From Longimicrobiales bacterium (lineage in GTDB: Bacteria; Gemmatimonadota; Gemmatimonadetes; Longimicrobiales; Gaopeijiaceae), in the NCBI GenBank assembly GCA_965202805.1, contig OZ241869.1, forward strand, positions 2,720,001 to 2,784,000: DNA of 64,000 bases, written 5' to 3'. The notes under the pieces are model-generated. The model did no database searches and was not told where the DNA came from. It was given only the letters and a program-made list of their open reading frames with translations. Shown piece by piece: positions 28,469-38,567 of this stretch (position 1 is its first letter; each line of letters begins with the position of its first letter). Both the position numbers and the translations under genes were made by a program.

Positions 28469-28500
28469 ACCCGGAGGCACCCGCCTTCCCGGAGTTCTGA

Positions 28501-29541
28501 TCAGCGGTCGCCCGCAGTGCTCGCGCTTCTGACCCGCACCTCCCCCTCCTCCACCACGAGCTCCTGGACGCGCTCGGCCTCATCGAACAGGAAGGGCCAG
28601 CGGCCTGAGGCGCCATCCGCCAGCCGCACGCGGCGTATGCCGTCCAGCGAGAGCGGCCGGCCCGGCTGAACGACGGCCGGACCCGTGGCCTCATACATCC
28701 AGACGGCGCCGCCCAGTGCCGAAGACACGCGGTAGCTTCCGTCCTCGATTTCCAGTGCGGCCCCCTCGTCGATCCCGATCCCGACGAACGAGCCCGAGCG
28801 GTGCTGCGCCAGCAGACGCCCGAGGAAGGCGAGGAGCCGTCCCTCACGGGACCGCTCCGTGAAGTGGGAGTCCACGATCGTGTTCGCGAGCTCGGGCTGA
28901 GGCAGGTTCGATGGTCCCACGCTGACCGATACGTCGGCGGGTTCCGAGAGGGCTTCGCCCGATGTGATGGTGCCGTGCCGGGCATCGAATGCGGCTTCGC
29001 CCAGCGACACCGCTCCGGCGCTGGTCCCGCCCAGGGCCGCCCCTCGGCGCGTTGCTTCCCCCACGGCGACATGGACCGAATTCGGCCACCGCCCCAGGTA
29101 GTTCCACTGGCTTCCGCCGGCGAGCCAGATCGCCTCCGCCCTGCCGAGGCGGCAGAGGACGCTCGGGTGGTCCGCCAGCGGAGGGGTGTCGGTGCGAATC
29201 GTGACCACCGAGGCCGGAGCCGGACTGGGGGCCAGTTCCGCCGAGAAATAGTCCGGGTAGCTGGTCAGCGAACCCGTTGCGCGCAACACGACGATGTCGC
29301 CTCCGGCGGCCGCTTCGGCGAAACGGCGGGCGGCGCCGTCCTCCTCGGGTCCTCCTCCCATGAGCACCAACCGGCGGACGGGAGACGGGGTGGCGTCGCT
29401 CCCGGTTCCCCGAAGCCCTCCGATCGTGGTGCCCGCGCCGGGTTCGGGGCAGCCCTCGAGCGGCTCGCCCAGCGAGGTCGCGCGCGTCGAATCGGCGCAC
29501 GCGGCGGCCGCCGCGACCACGAGCGCCGTCGAGATTCTCAT
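28501..29541 (-). CDS. Cyanophycinase-like peptidase S51 lipoprotein
   Basis: Short hydrophobic leader ending AAAC, 'LVLMGGG', 'AGGSQ', 'GGTSAG', 'DSHFTERSREGRL' and 'GIDEGAAL'. The start ATG overlaps the upstream stop (ATGA). Confidence 0.85.
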   Translation of the reverse strand: MRISTALVVAAAAACADSTRATSLGEPLEGCPEPGAGTTIGGLRGTGSDATPSPVRRLVLMGGGPEEDGAARRFAEAAAGGDIVVLRATGSLTSYPDYFSAELAPSPAPASVVTIRTDTPPLADHPSVLCRLGRAEAIWLAGGSQWNYLGRWPNSVHVAVGEATRRGAALGGTSAGAVSLGEAAFDARHGTITSGEALSEPADVSVSVGPSNLPQPELANTIVDSHFTERSREGRLLAFLGRLLAQHRSGSFVGIGIDEGAALEIEDGSYRVSSALGGAVWMYEATGPAVVQPGRPLSLDGIRRVRLADGASGRWPFLFDEAERVQELVVEEGEVRVRSASTAGDR

Positions 29542-30224
29542 GACGTATGGAGCTGCCAGAAGGCGCCTTCGAGACCCGCCTCGCGCAAGAGGGCCTGCTT
29601 CGTCTCCGCCGAGGAGGGACGCCAACGGTCGCTCAGCCGACCCGCGTACCATCCGCGGCTCAGCCTGCCCAGCGTCTCGACCGGCACGGTCGCACCCGGG
29701 TCGACACCCCGCCGCGCCGCCCACCGGGCCGCATCCGCTTCCGACCGGAACGCCAGGATGTTGCGTCAGGTGTAGCCGATGTCGTCCCAGAAGCGCCGGG
29801 CCGGCACGGGGAAGCGGACCACCGCGCCGTCGGCAGGTTCGACTCGCCCGCTGGTCACCGCCAAGTGGATCGCGGCGCCGGACCGGGGGCACGCGGTTCG
29901 CGTCCGTCCGTCGACGTCGAGGAGCAGCGGGATCGCGAGAGCATCCCAGGCGCAGTTGGCCCGGTAGTCCGTCCATCGCGTACGCACCCGGAAGGGCGTC
30001 TCCATGGCCGAAAAGGGATGAGCCATCCGGATTTCGCCCGCCTCGTCCAGAACCAGGATGTGAGCTTCCGCCAGGAACGCCAGAGCTCGATCCACATCGC
30101 CGGCCCCGGCTCCCAGTCCCCCGGCAAGTTCGACGCGGTCGGGGACCACCCCTGATTCACCGATTCTCCGGTAAAGATGGCCGCGCAAGCGCCACGCGAA
30201 TGCGTCACCTCGTCCTGTCACCAC
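29538..30224 (-). CDS. MerB-like organometallic lyase, predicted selenoprotein (UGA-Sec at 29766-29768, codon 153)
   Basis: 'MAHPFS', 'ANCAWDA', 'TACPRSG', then 'FWDDIGYT-TGA-RNILAFRSE...GWYAGRL...GAFWQL'. The frame continues 75 codons past the TGA and a SECIS-like hairpin follows. GAGGGGAG RBS before GTG 30224. Confidence 0.85.
29731..29765 (-). promoter_or_regulatory. Bacterial SECIS-like stem-loop
   Basis: mRNA reads UGA-CGCAA-CAUCC-UG-GC-G-UUCC-GGUC-GGAA-GC-GGAUG. The apical GGUC starts 19 nt after the UGA. Confidence 0.75.
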
Positions 30225-30409
30225 GGTCTCCCCTCGCTCCAACGCCAGGCAACACCCGGCTCTGCAGGCATCCCGGCACCATGGTGAGCCGCTGCCGAAA
30301 CGTCCAGCCCCAGGCGAAGCCGTTGCAGCCGTGCCGTCCCGCGGCTAGGCTTTTCCGATCAGACGAAGGGCGCATAACCGGTGGACGTGAGAGGAGGTCG
30401 GACAGGATC

Positions 30410-30865
30410 ATGACGATGCCATGGCGACGACGGCTGGCGGCAGTCGTCCTTGCGCTTGCCGGGACAGCATGCGGCGACGAGGAGCCGACCGGGCCGATTC
30501 CCGATGTCGCGGGCACCTACAACGGCTCGTTCATCGTCCAGTTCCTGCTCAACCAGCAGGGCATACAGGGGTCGATGCAGGTCGTCGTCGAACAGGCCGG
30601 GGAAAGTGTGACGATCACCGGCGAGATGCAGGTTGCGGGCGGGGCCGCGTCGATTCCCACGGTTACCGGAACGCTGGACGCCACCGGATTCCTGGAGTTG
30701 TCGGGCGGCGGCTTCTCCGCCTCGGTCAACGAGGAGTTCTGCGGCCCCACCAGAACGCTCAGCTCAACCGTGAGGTTTTTCGGAAGAAGCGCGGAGGTCT
30801 CCGAGCACGCCGACACCGATTTCTGTGGGCGCGTCATCCTCTCGGGCTCGCTGGCGCGTCAGTAA
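30410..30865 (+). CDS. Hypothetical lipoprotein (beta-rich)
   Basis: Lipobox AGTAC, GAGGAGG upstream and coding-like codon bias. Confidence 0.75.
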   Translation: MTMPWRRRLAAVVLALAGTACGDEEPTGPIPDVAGTYNGSFIVQFLLNQQGIQGSMQVVVEQAGESVTITGEMQVAGGAASIPTVTGTLDATGFLELSGGGFSASVNEEFCGPTRTLSSTVRFFGRSAEVSEHADTDFCGRVILSGSLARQ

Positions 30866-30881
30866 CGAGGGAGAATCGATC

Positions 30882-32066
30882 ATGAAACCGACGCGCCGGG
30901 ATTTTCTGCGCACGACCGGTATCGCCGGGGTCGGACTGGGACTCGGGCTCGGCGCCCCAGGCATCGGCCTCGCCTCCGCCAACGGCACGCGCCGGAATCG
31001 AGCTGGCAAAGAGTCCCACGCGGAGCCCCGGCAGGCGCCCACGCCCAAGCGGCTGCTCGTCCTCGGCGGCACCGGCTTCATCGGCCCGCACATGGTTCGC
31101 TACGCGGTGGAGCGCGGACACGAGGTAACCATCTTCACCCGCGGTCGCGCGCAGGCCGCCCTGCCGGACGTGGAGCACCTCATCGGCGACCGCAACGGCG
31201 ACCTGGACGCCCTCGAGGGCCGCAACTGGGACGTCGTGCTCGACAACAACACGCAGAACTATCGCTGGGCGCAGTTGAGCACGGAGCTGCTGCGGGACGC
31301 CGCCGAGCAGTACATCTTCGTCTCCTCGATTTCGGCCTATGTCAGCCCCGGGCTCGCGTACCAGCACAAGGACCGCGTCCTCTACGAGCATCTCATCGAC
31401 GAGGACTCGGAGCGCTTCTCGCCTCCCGACGGCTGGCAGGACGGGGACGACGCCCACTACGGGCTCATGAAAGCGTTGAGCGAGGACATCGCCCACGCCG
31501 CCTTCCCGGGCCGCGCCACCATCGTCCGGCCTGGCCTGATCGTGGGCCCCGGCGACCGGACCGACCGCTTCACCTACTGGCCGCTGCGCATCTTCGAGGG
31601 CGGCGAGGTGCTGGCCCCCGGCAACCCGGAGCACGCCAACCAGATCATCGACCAGCGCGACATCACCGAGTGGATCGTGCGGCTGGCCGAGGACGGCGTC
31701 GCCGGCGACTTCAACGCGACCGGCCCGGCCGCCCGCATGTCGATGGCCGAGATGCTCTACGGCATTCGCGCGGCCACCTCGACCCCGGTCGAGTTCACCT
31801 GGGTACCGGAGGACTTCCTCGAAGAGCAGGGCGTGAGGCCCTTCGGCGACCTGCCGGCGTGGGCTCCCGGAGCCGACCTGATGTACGTGGACATCGACCG
31901 CGCGCTCGCGACCGGCCTTACCTTCCGCCCGCTGGCCGTGACCAGCCGCGACACCGTGGATTGGGACGGGACCCGCCCCGAGGAGGAGCGCAACAACCGG
32001 CGCGCCGGGATGAGCCGCGCGCGGGAGCGCGAGGTTCTGGATGCCTGGAGAGCGGCGGGCGCGTAA
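30882..32066 (+). CDS. Tat-signal NAD-dependent epimerase/dehydratase (isoflavone reductase-like)
   Basis: TRRDFL Tat motif, LGGTGFIG, YGLMK and 'RPGLIVGPGD.TDRFTYW'. Confidence 0.88.
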   Translation: MKPTRRDFLRTTGIAGVGLGLGLGAPGIGLASANGTRRNRAGKESHAEPRQAPTPKRLLVLGGTGFIGPHMVRYAVERGHEVTIFTRGRAQAALPDVEHLIGDRNGDLDALEGRNWDVVLDNNTQNYRWAQLSTELLRDAAEQYIFVSSISAYVSPGLAYQHKDRVLYEHLIDEDSERFSPPDGWQDGDDAHYGLMKALSEDIAHAAFPGRATIVRPGLIVGPGDRTDRFTYWPLRIFEGGEVLAPGNPEHANQIIDQRDITEWIVRLAEDGVAGDFNATGPAARMSMAEMLYGIRAATSTPVEFTWVPEDFLEEQGVRPFGDLPAWAPGADLMYVDIDRALATGLTFRPLAVTSRDTVDWDGTRPEEERNNRRAGMSRAREREVLDAWRAAGA

Positions 32067-32075
32067 CCCGGGCTG

Positions 32076-32717
32076 CTAACAGAGAGCCCGTTCGTCGCTG
32101 GCCACCTGATCCAGCCGTTGGGCGCGCGCGCTGTCCCCGAGCGCCAGAGCCGCGATGATCCCGCGCCGGGCCAGGGCTGGCCCGAAACATCGGGCCTCCA
32201 GCTGATCCACGAAGGCGTCCACCTGCGCCCGGTATTCGCCGGGGCGCCAGGCCTCCGCCCAGATCCCGAGCGGCTCCATCAACTCCGCGACCCGCGGGGC
32301 GTAGAGGTCCGCGAGCTCCCGGGACTCCTGCGAGAGCAGTTCGATGGCCCAGGTCGCGTCGTAGTGATTCGACAGCAGGAGCGCCACGGAGTAGAACCCG
32401 GCGCTCGCGCAGTCCTGCGGCACGCAGGTCGCGACCGCCACCACCGACAGCGCATCCGGCTGCGCCGTGGCGAGCAGGTTGATGCCCATCCGCCGTCCGA
32501 GCGACTCCTGAAACGCCGCTTCCAGCACGCGATTGGCGGTGGGGTCGTCGAAGGCCAGGACGACATCGATGCCCTCGAGATGCTCGAAGCCCATCTCCGG
32601 CTCCTGGGCATGCACCGCGCCCGGCATGCCGAAGGCGAGCCCGCACGCGAGAAGCAACCCCGAAGCGAGTGCGGACACCGGCGAAGTGCACTTCATCGAC
32701 CTGGAATCGCAGTTCAT
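32076..32717 (-). CDS. Hypothetical exported protein
   Basis: Signal-like 'ALASGLLLACGLAFG...VHAQ' and typical codon usage. Start uncertain (32717 or 32696). Confidence 0.65.
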   Translation of the reverse strand: MNCDSRSMKCTSPVSALASGLLLACGLAFGMPGAVHAQEPEMGFEHLEGIDVVLAFDDPTANRVLEAAFQESLGRRMGINLLATAQPDALSVVAVATCVPQDCASAGFYSVALLLSNHYDATWAIELLSQESRELADLYAPRVAELMEPLGIWAEAWRPGEYRAQVDAFVDQLEARCFGPALARRGIIAALALGDSARAQRLDQVASDERALC

Positions 32718-32818
32718 CGATTGTTCCCGTTTGCGTGGACCCGGCTTCATCCCGAAGCTAGTAGCCTGCGCGCGTTCCGGCACCGCATCCAGCAGCAACA
32801 CTTCCCCTGGAGAACCCC

Positions 32819-35125
32819 ATGCGCCTCATCCGTATCTCCGGATTCGCCCGGCACCCCGGCACCACCGCCGCCACACTCGGCTTTCTCGCGTTCATCTGCG
32901 CGTGCGCTGAAGGACCCACCGCAAGCTTCGAAGAGCTGGCACAGGCGCAGCTGCCCCAAATCGATGGCCGCATCGAAGTTCCGGGGCTCGCGGGCGAAGT
33001 CGAAGTGCTGCGCGACCCCTGGGGCATCCCCCACATCTATGCCTCGGGCCTCGACGACCTCTTCTTCGCACAGGGCTTCGTCCAGGCCCAGGACCGTCTC
33101 TGGCAGATGGAGATGTACCGGCGGGCCGGCGAGGGGCGGCTGAGCGAGGTGCTGGGCGCGGAGGCCCTGCAGCACGACCGCGTTGCGCGCCTGCTCATGT
33201 TCCGCGGCCCGTTCGACGACGCGGAGTTCACCACCTACCACCCCGAGGGCCGGCGCATCCTGGAAGCCTTCGCGTCGGGCATCAACGCCTACATCGATCA
33301 CGCGACGGCGGCTGGAGAGCTGCCCGTGGAGTTCCTGCTGACGGGTCTCGAACCCGAGCACTGGAGCGCCGAGACGCCTTTGCTGCGCATGCAGACGGCG
33401 ATGCCGCTGGCGGATGTGCGGCGCGAGCTGCAACTGGCGCTGCGGGTGGCCGAGCTGGGGGCGGAGGAAGCCAACCGACAGGCGAATCCGACTCCGTGGC
33501 GGGAACTCGAGGTGCCCGCGGGCGTCGACATGGCTCTGATCCCGGGCGAGGTGCTGGCCGGCGTGACGGGGTTCCGCAACGCGATGAGCAGTCCGCCCCT
33601 GGTCGCGCCCTACGATGGCTGGACGGGGTCGGAGATGGCGCTCAACCTGGGCGCGCGCGAGACCTCCCCGGGGAGCAACAACTGGGCGATCCACGGAAGC
33701 CGGACCGCGAGCGGCCATGCGATCGTGGCCAACGATCCGCACCGCGGGGTGACCAACCCGTCGCTCCGCTACGTCGTGCACCTGGACGCGCCCGGCTGGA
33801 CCACCATCGGTTCGACCGAGCCGGTGCTTCCCGGGGTGGCCATCGGGCACAACGGGCGCATCGCCTGGGGGCTGACCATCGTCGGCACCGACCAGTCCGA
33901 CGTGTACGTCGAGCAGGTGAACCCGGACAACCCGAAGCAGGTGCGCTGGGGCGACGGCTGGGAGGAGGTGCGGACCATCACGGAAACCGTTCAGGTCAGG
34001 GACGCTGACCCCGTGACCCTGGAACTCGAGTTCTCCCGGCACGGCCCCATCTTCCACCGGGATCCCGCAAACAACCTCGCCTACGCCATGCGCTCGACCA
34101 TGCACGAACCCGGAACCACGGGATATCTGGCGGGCCTGCGGCTCAACGTGGTCTCCGACTGCAGCGGCTTCCTGGAGGAGATGCGCTACTGGCTGGCTCC
34201 GACCGAGAACATGATCTGCGGGGACGCGGACGGGAACATCGCCTGGCAGGCCGCCGCGCTCTCGCCCAGCCGCCCCAACTGGCACGGGCGGCTGCCGGTG
34301 CCCGGGACCGGGGAATTCGAATGGGATGGCTTCCGCGACGATCTGCCCACCGAGTACAACCCGGAGCGCGGCTGGGTAGGGACGGCCAACCACGACATTC
34401 ATCCGCCCGGTTACGACCCGCCGCTCTTCTTCAAGACCGCCGGACCCTTCGCCCGCTTCGCGCGCGTGCAGGAGGTGCTGAACGCGGGCAGCGACTTCAC
34501 GCCCGAGGACTCCCGGGTGCTCCAGCAGGACGCGTATTCGGCGTCGGGCGCGGCCCACGCGGCGCTCTTCGGCGGATGGACGGCGAGTGACGCCGACGTG
34601 GAGTCGTACCGGGCCGAACTGGCCGCCTGGAACGGCCTCTTCGACCGCGACAGCCGGGCGGCGGCGATCTACCGCCGTCTCGACGGGGACGTGCTCGACG
34701 GGGCGGCGGGAGGTGCGGGCGGGGACGCGTCGGCAGCGCTGGAGGCGGCCCTGTCCGCCGCCCTGGACCTGATCGCGCGCGACCAGGGCGACGACCCCGC
34801 CGAGTGGCGCTGGGGACGCGACCACCGCAACGAGTTCCCGCACGCGCTGGTCACCGCCTACGACCTTCCGTCGGCGGAGCGCTCCGGGGGCGCGGGCACG
34901 GTGGCGGCGACGGGGGCCACCTACCGCCACATCGTGGACTTCGGCGACCTGGACGGGTCGCTGTTCACCAACGCGCCGGGACAATCCGGCCGGCCGGGAA
35001 GCCCCTACTACGGCAACCTCACCGAGGACTGGGCCAACCGGGAGTACTTCCCGATGCTCTTCTCGCGGGAGGCGGTGGAGGCGCAGGCAGAGAACCGGCT
35101 GGTGCTGGCTCCGGGAGGGTCGTAA
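32819..35125 (+). CDS. Penicillin acylase family (S45) Ntn-hydrolase
   Basis: 'RDPWGIPHIYA', 'AQDRLWQME', 'GSNNW' and 'PGQSG.PGSPYY'. Confidence 0.93.
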   Translation: MRLIRISGFARHPGTTAATLGFLAFICACAEGPTASFEELAQAQLPQIDGRIEVPGLAGEVEVLRDPWGIPHIYASGLDDLFFAQGFVQAQDRLWQMEMYRRAGEGRLSEVLGAEALQHDRVARLLMFRGPFDDAEFTTYHPEGRRILEAFASGINAYIDHATAAGELPVEFLLTGLEPEHWSAETPLLRMQTAMPLADVRRELQLALRVAELGAEEANRQANPTPWRELEVPAGVDMALIPGEVLAGVTGFRNAMSSPPLVAPYDGWTGSEMALNLGARETSPGSNNWAIHGSRTASGHAIVANDPHRGVTNPSLRYVVHLDAPGWTTIGSTEPVLPGVAIGHNGRIAWGLTIVGTDQSDVYVEQVNPDNPKQVRWGDGWEEVRTITETVQVRDADPVTLELEFSRHGPIFHRDPANNLAYAMRSTMHEPGTTGYLAGLRLNVVSDCSGFLEEMRYWLAPTENMICGDADGNIAWQAAALSPSRPNWHGRLPVPGTGEFEWDGFRDDLPTEYNPERGWVGTANHDIHPPGYDPPLFFKTAGPFARFARVQEVLNAGSDFTPEDSRVLQQDAYSASGAAHAALFGGWTASDADVESYRAELAAWNGLFDRDSRAAAIYRRLDGDVLDGAAGGAGGDASAALEAALSAALDLIARDQGDDPAEWRWGRDHRNEFPHALVTAYDLPSAERSGGAGTVAATGATYRHIVDFGDLDGSLFTNAPGQSGRPGSPYYGNLTEDWANREYFPMLFSREAVEAQAENRLVLAPGGS

Positions 35126-35131
35126 ACCAGC

Positions 35132-35173
35132 TAGTTGCCAGCAGATGTCAGTGTAGTTGTCAGTAGATGTCAG
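35132..35173. repeat. Four 10-bp direct repeats YAGWTGYCAG between convergent genes
   Basis: tagttgccag cagatgtcag (tg) tagttgtcag tagatgtcag. Confidence 0.7.
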
Positions 35174-35190
35174 GACCGGGGCAAGGCGCG

Positions 35191-36111
35191 TCAGTCCCGC
35201 CCCATCCAGTCGATGTCGGACAGATGAGCCAGCGCGAGCTGGAGCGCGTGGGTTCCCCTGTGTCCCTTCCCCTGCGCCCGAAGGGCGTTATACAACTGAT
35301 GCGCCAGCGCCAGTCCCGGCAGCGCCAGCTTCATGCGGCCCGCCTCGGCGAGCGCGATCTCCATGTCCTTGACGAAGTGCTCGACAAAGAAGCCGGGATC
35401 GAAGTCGTTGGCGATCACGCGCGGGCCGTAGTTGGATAGCGACCAGCTGCCGCCGGCCCCGGGAGCGACCGACTTCATGACGGTCTCCAGGTCGAGCCCT
35501 GACCTGTAGGCGTAGAGCAGGCCCTCGCACATCCCGATCATCAGCGGGCCGATCAGCACCTGGTTGACCATCTTGGTGTGCTGTCCCGCTCCCGGTCCTC
35601 CCTGGCGCACGACGGCCTTCCCCATCGCCCGCCAGCACGGCCCGAGCGCCTCCACCACGTCCTCGTCCCCCCCGATCATGATGGACAGGCGCCCCTCGCG
35701 GGCCCCCACGTCCCCCCCCGACACCGGGGCATCCACGCTGGCCACCCCCTTCGCGCGCGCCGCCTGGTAGATCTCGACCGCGAGCGAAGGCTCACTTGTG
35801 GTCATGTCCACGAGGATGTTCCCGGGCTCGCATCCCGCCAGCGCGCCATCCTCGCCCAGGATCACCTCGCGCACGTCGCGCGGGAAGCCGACGATGCTGA
35901 AGACCACGTCGCTCTGCTCGGCCACCGCACGGGGGCTCTCCGCCCACACCGCGCCCTTCTCCAGCACCGACGCCGCCGTTGCGCGGGTCCGGGTGAAGAC
36001 CGTGGCCGAAAACCCGTGGTCCATCACGTGCGCGCACATGCTGCGCCCCATGACGCCCAGCCCGATCCAGCCGATGCGGGTCCTGCCTGGTTGAATGTCG
36101 AGATCTGCCAT
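35191..36111 (-). CDS. Beta-hydroxyacid dehydrogenase (3-hydroxyisobutyrate/tartronate semialdehyde reductase family)
   Basis: [17 protein letters not shown] and [11 protein letters not shown]. Confidence 0.92.
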   Translation of the reverse strand: MADLDIQPGRTRIGWIGLGVMGRSMCAHVMDHGFSATVFTRTRATAASVLEKGAVWAESPRAVAEQSDVVFSIVGFPRDVREVILGEDGALAGCEPGNILVDMTTSEPSLAVEIYQAARAKGVASVDAPVSGGDVGAREGRLSIMIGGDEDVVEALGPCWRAMGKAVVRQGGPGAGQHTKMVNQVLIGPLMIGMCEGLLYAYRSGLDLETVMKSVAPGAGGSWSLSNYGPRVIANDFDPGFFVEHFVKDMEIALAEAGRMKLALPGLALAHQLYNALRAQGKGHRGTHALQLALAHLSDIDWMGRD

Positions 36112-36229
36112 GTTTGCCGGTCTCTGCGATGTTGTGGAGGATGCGTGATGGACACGATAGTGTTGGAGCCGGGTGCCCGGGGCAATCACCATCGCCTCGC
36201 GACGCCGACAATCTCCGCTTCCACCCCCC

Positions 36230-36269
36230 TTCTTCCGCCGCGCGACCCGGTTCTTCCGCCGCGCGACCC
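36230..36269. repeat. 21-bp-period tandem duplication upstream of the amidase
   Basis: TTCTTCCGCCGCGCGACCC at 36230 and 36251. Confidence 0.7.
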
Positions 36270-36284
36270 AGCAGGAGAACGCCG

Positions 36285-37901
36285 ATGAATCCCGGATGGC
36301 TTCCTATGACACGGACGACCCACTCCCGCTCTCGCACCCTGCGCCCGACCAGGCTCCTGCTGGCCGCCAGCCTGCTCCTGGCCACCCCGGCCAGTGCGTT
36401 CGCCCAGGACTTCGAGCTCGCGGAAGCAACCATCGCGGAGGTGCACGCCGCGTTTCTCGCCGGGCAGCTGACCTGCGTCGACCTGGTGCAGGGCTACCTC
36501 GACCGCATCGAGGCCTACGACCAGCAGGGACCGCGGCTCAACACCATCGCCAACCTGAACCCCGCCGCCCTCGACGAGGCTGCCCGCCTCGACCAGGCGC
36601 TCGCGTCCGGCGGACTCAGCGGGCCGCTGCACTGCATCCCGGTCCTCCTCAAGGACCAGGTCGAGACCCGCGACCTGCCCACCACCTACGGATCGGCGCT
36701 CTTTGCGGACTTCGTGTCCTCCCGGGATGCCACCATCGTCATCCGCATGAAGGACGCGGGCGCGCTCATCATCGCCAAGACCAACATGGGCGAGTTCGCA
36801 TCGCGCTACGTGGGCTCCGGTTTCGGCTTCATCCGCAACCCCTACGACCCGCAACGGAACCCGAGCGGCTCTTCCGGTGGCACCGGCGCGGGAGTGGCCG
36901 CGAACCTGGGCATGATCGGCATCGGGGAGGATACCGGCGGCTCCATCCGCGGGCCGTCGGCCGTGCATTCGCTGGTGGGGCTCAGGCCCACCCTGCCGCT
37001 GGTCAGCCGCTACGGCATGATGCCCGCCAACCCCACCACCGACACCATGGGGCCGATGACCCGCACGGTCATGGACGCGGCCATCCTGCTCGACGCCATC
37101 GCCGGGTACGACCCCAACGACCCGGTGACCGCCCGTTCCTTCGACCAGGTCCCGGACTCCTACAGCGACGGGCTCTCCGAGGATGGGCTCGACGGGGCCC
37201 GCATCGGCATCATCCGCGATCCCATGGACCAGGCGCTGGACACGGACTCGGAGGGATACCGGCAGGCGCGCGCCATCGTCGACGACGCCGTCGAGCAGTT
37301 GCGTGCGCTGGGAGCCGAGGTGGTGGACAACGTGGCCATCCCGGGAGTAGACGGGATCAACGCCATCTACTCCATGAACTCCCACGAGACCGAGGCCGCC
37401 ACCAACGCCTATCTGGCGGAACTCGACGACCCGCCCTACACGACGCTGCGCTCCATCCTGCTCAGCGGGCGGGTGACGCCCTGGCGGGCGACCGGGCTGG
37501 CGGGCTCACTCGGAAAGACCACCAGCGACCCCGGTTATCTGGCCTATCTGCTGGCCCGCGACCAGCTCCGGCAGGACGTCTACCAGGTCATGGCCGACCA
37601 CGACCTCGACGCGCTGGTGCACACCACCTTCGACCACCCGCCGTCCCTCATCGCCCCGGACGTCGAGACCAATCCCTCCCCGGCCGACGACTATGGCCTC
37701 GGCGACAACCGCCTCATCAGCCCGGTGACGGGCTGGCCCGCGCTCACGGTCCCCGCCGGCTTCACCCCGGACGGCCTGCCCATCGGCATCGAGTTCCTGG
37801 GCCGCCCCTTTACTGAAGGGATGCTGATTCGCTTCGGTTACGCTTTCGAGCAAGCCACGGGGCACCGGCGCCCGCCCGAAAGCGCGCCGCCGCTGCGCTA
37901 G
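36285..37901 (+). CDS. Amidase signature family protein (secreted)
   Basis: Catalytic Lys in 'LLKD', 'SGSSGG' and '[10 protein letters not shown]'. Signal peptide and AGGAG RBS. Confidence 0.92.
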   Translation: MNPGWLPMTRTTHSRSRTLRPTRLLLAASLLLATPASAFAQDFELAEATIAEVHAAFLAGQLTCVDLVQGYLDRIEAYDQQGPRLNTIANLNPAALDEAARLDQALASGGLSGPLHCIPVLLKDQVETRDLPTTYGSALFADFVSSRDATIVIRMKDAGALIIAKTNMGEFASRYVGSGFGFIRNPYDPQRNPSGSSGGTGAGVAANLGMIGIGEDTGGSIRGPSAVHSLVGLRPTLPLVSRYGMMPANPTTDTMGPMTRTVMDAAILLDAIAGYDPNDPVTARSFDQVPDSYSDGLSEDGLDGARIGIIRDPMDQALDTDSEGYRQARAIVDDAVEQLRALGAEVVDNVAIPGVDGINAIYSMNSHETEAATNAYLAELDDPPYTTLRSILLSGRVTPWRATGLAGSLGKTTSDPGYLAYLLARDQLRQDVYQVMADHDLDALVHTTFDHPPSLIAPDVETNPSPADDYGLGDNRLISPVTGWPALTVPAGFTPDGLPIGIEFLGRPFTEGMLIRFGYAFEQATGHRRPPESAPPLR

Positions 37902-37938
37902 CGACTCGACACGCAGCTGGGCTGCCCGTGGCGCCGGG

Positions 37939-38412
37939 CTAACGCCCGCCGATCCCCGTCGCCCTCGACCGGCAGTTCGCCATGGTGGCCAGCGTGGAAT
38001 CGATGCTGAGGAAGAGCGCCTCGCCGGGGTCGACGATCAGCTCTTCCGTCGTGCAGGTCCCGCCCGCGAGCAGCGAGATCTCGATCGAGAGCGTCTGCGA
38101 GATGTCCCAGTCGAGGGTGTAGTTGGCTTCGGTCTTGCCGGTGAGCATGCCGATGTACTCCCGTCCACGGGGGTGCACCGCGTACATCCGGGCGTCGCTG
38201 AAGTTGTTGTTGATGATGCGGATCTCGATCTGATCCTCGAGGCCGGGCGTGATGGCCGGGTTCCCCTCCCCGGCACGCGCGGCGCAGGCGGTGGCGAGCG
38301 CGGTCACCGCAGCGACCAGCACGGCCCGCATGAACAGCAACGCCGCCCCGCGGACCCTCCCGGGTGCGGCACCGTCCACCACGGTGGACACTCCCGCTCC
38401 CCCCGTCGTCAT
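37939..38412 (-). CDS. Hypothetical lipoprotein
   Basis: Hydrophobic leader with lipobox-like ATAC and GGGGGAG upstream. Start uncertain. Confidence 0.6.
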   Translation of the reverse strand: MTTGGAGVSTVVDGAAPGRVRGAALLFMRAVLVAAVTALATACAARAGEGNPAITPGLEDQIEIRIINNNFSDARMYAVHPRGREYIGMLTGKTEANYTLDWDISQTLSIEISLLAGGTCTTEELIVDPGEALFLSIDSTLATMANCRSRATGIGGR

Positions 38413-38567
38413 CGCTCCCCCCACGCGCCCCGGGCGCACAGCGGATACGGGTCGCGCCCCCCGTTCCCTCGCTGTTATTCTTGCGTGCGCTCGAATTCCC
38501 CTGGCTCCATCACTCATCTTCGCCCCCTCTCAGTCAGGATCATTACTCATCGGTTCAGGAGTTCATC

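Noticed and set aside
29766..29768. TGA as evidence of genome-wide stop reassignment (code 4/25)
   Set aside because: Many genes here end in TGA at natural C-termini, often in ATGA/GTGA overlaps (glcD, ccdA, mmsA, blaI), and Trp is encoded by TGG. The recoding is therefore site-specific.
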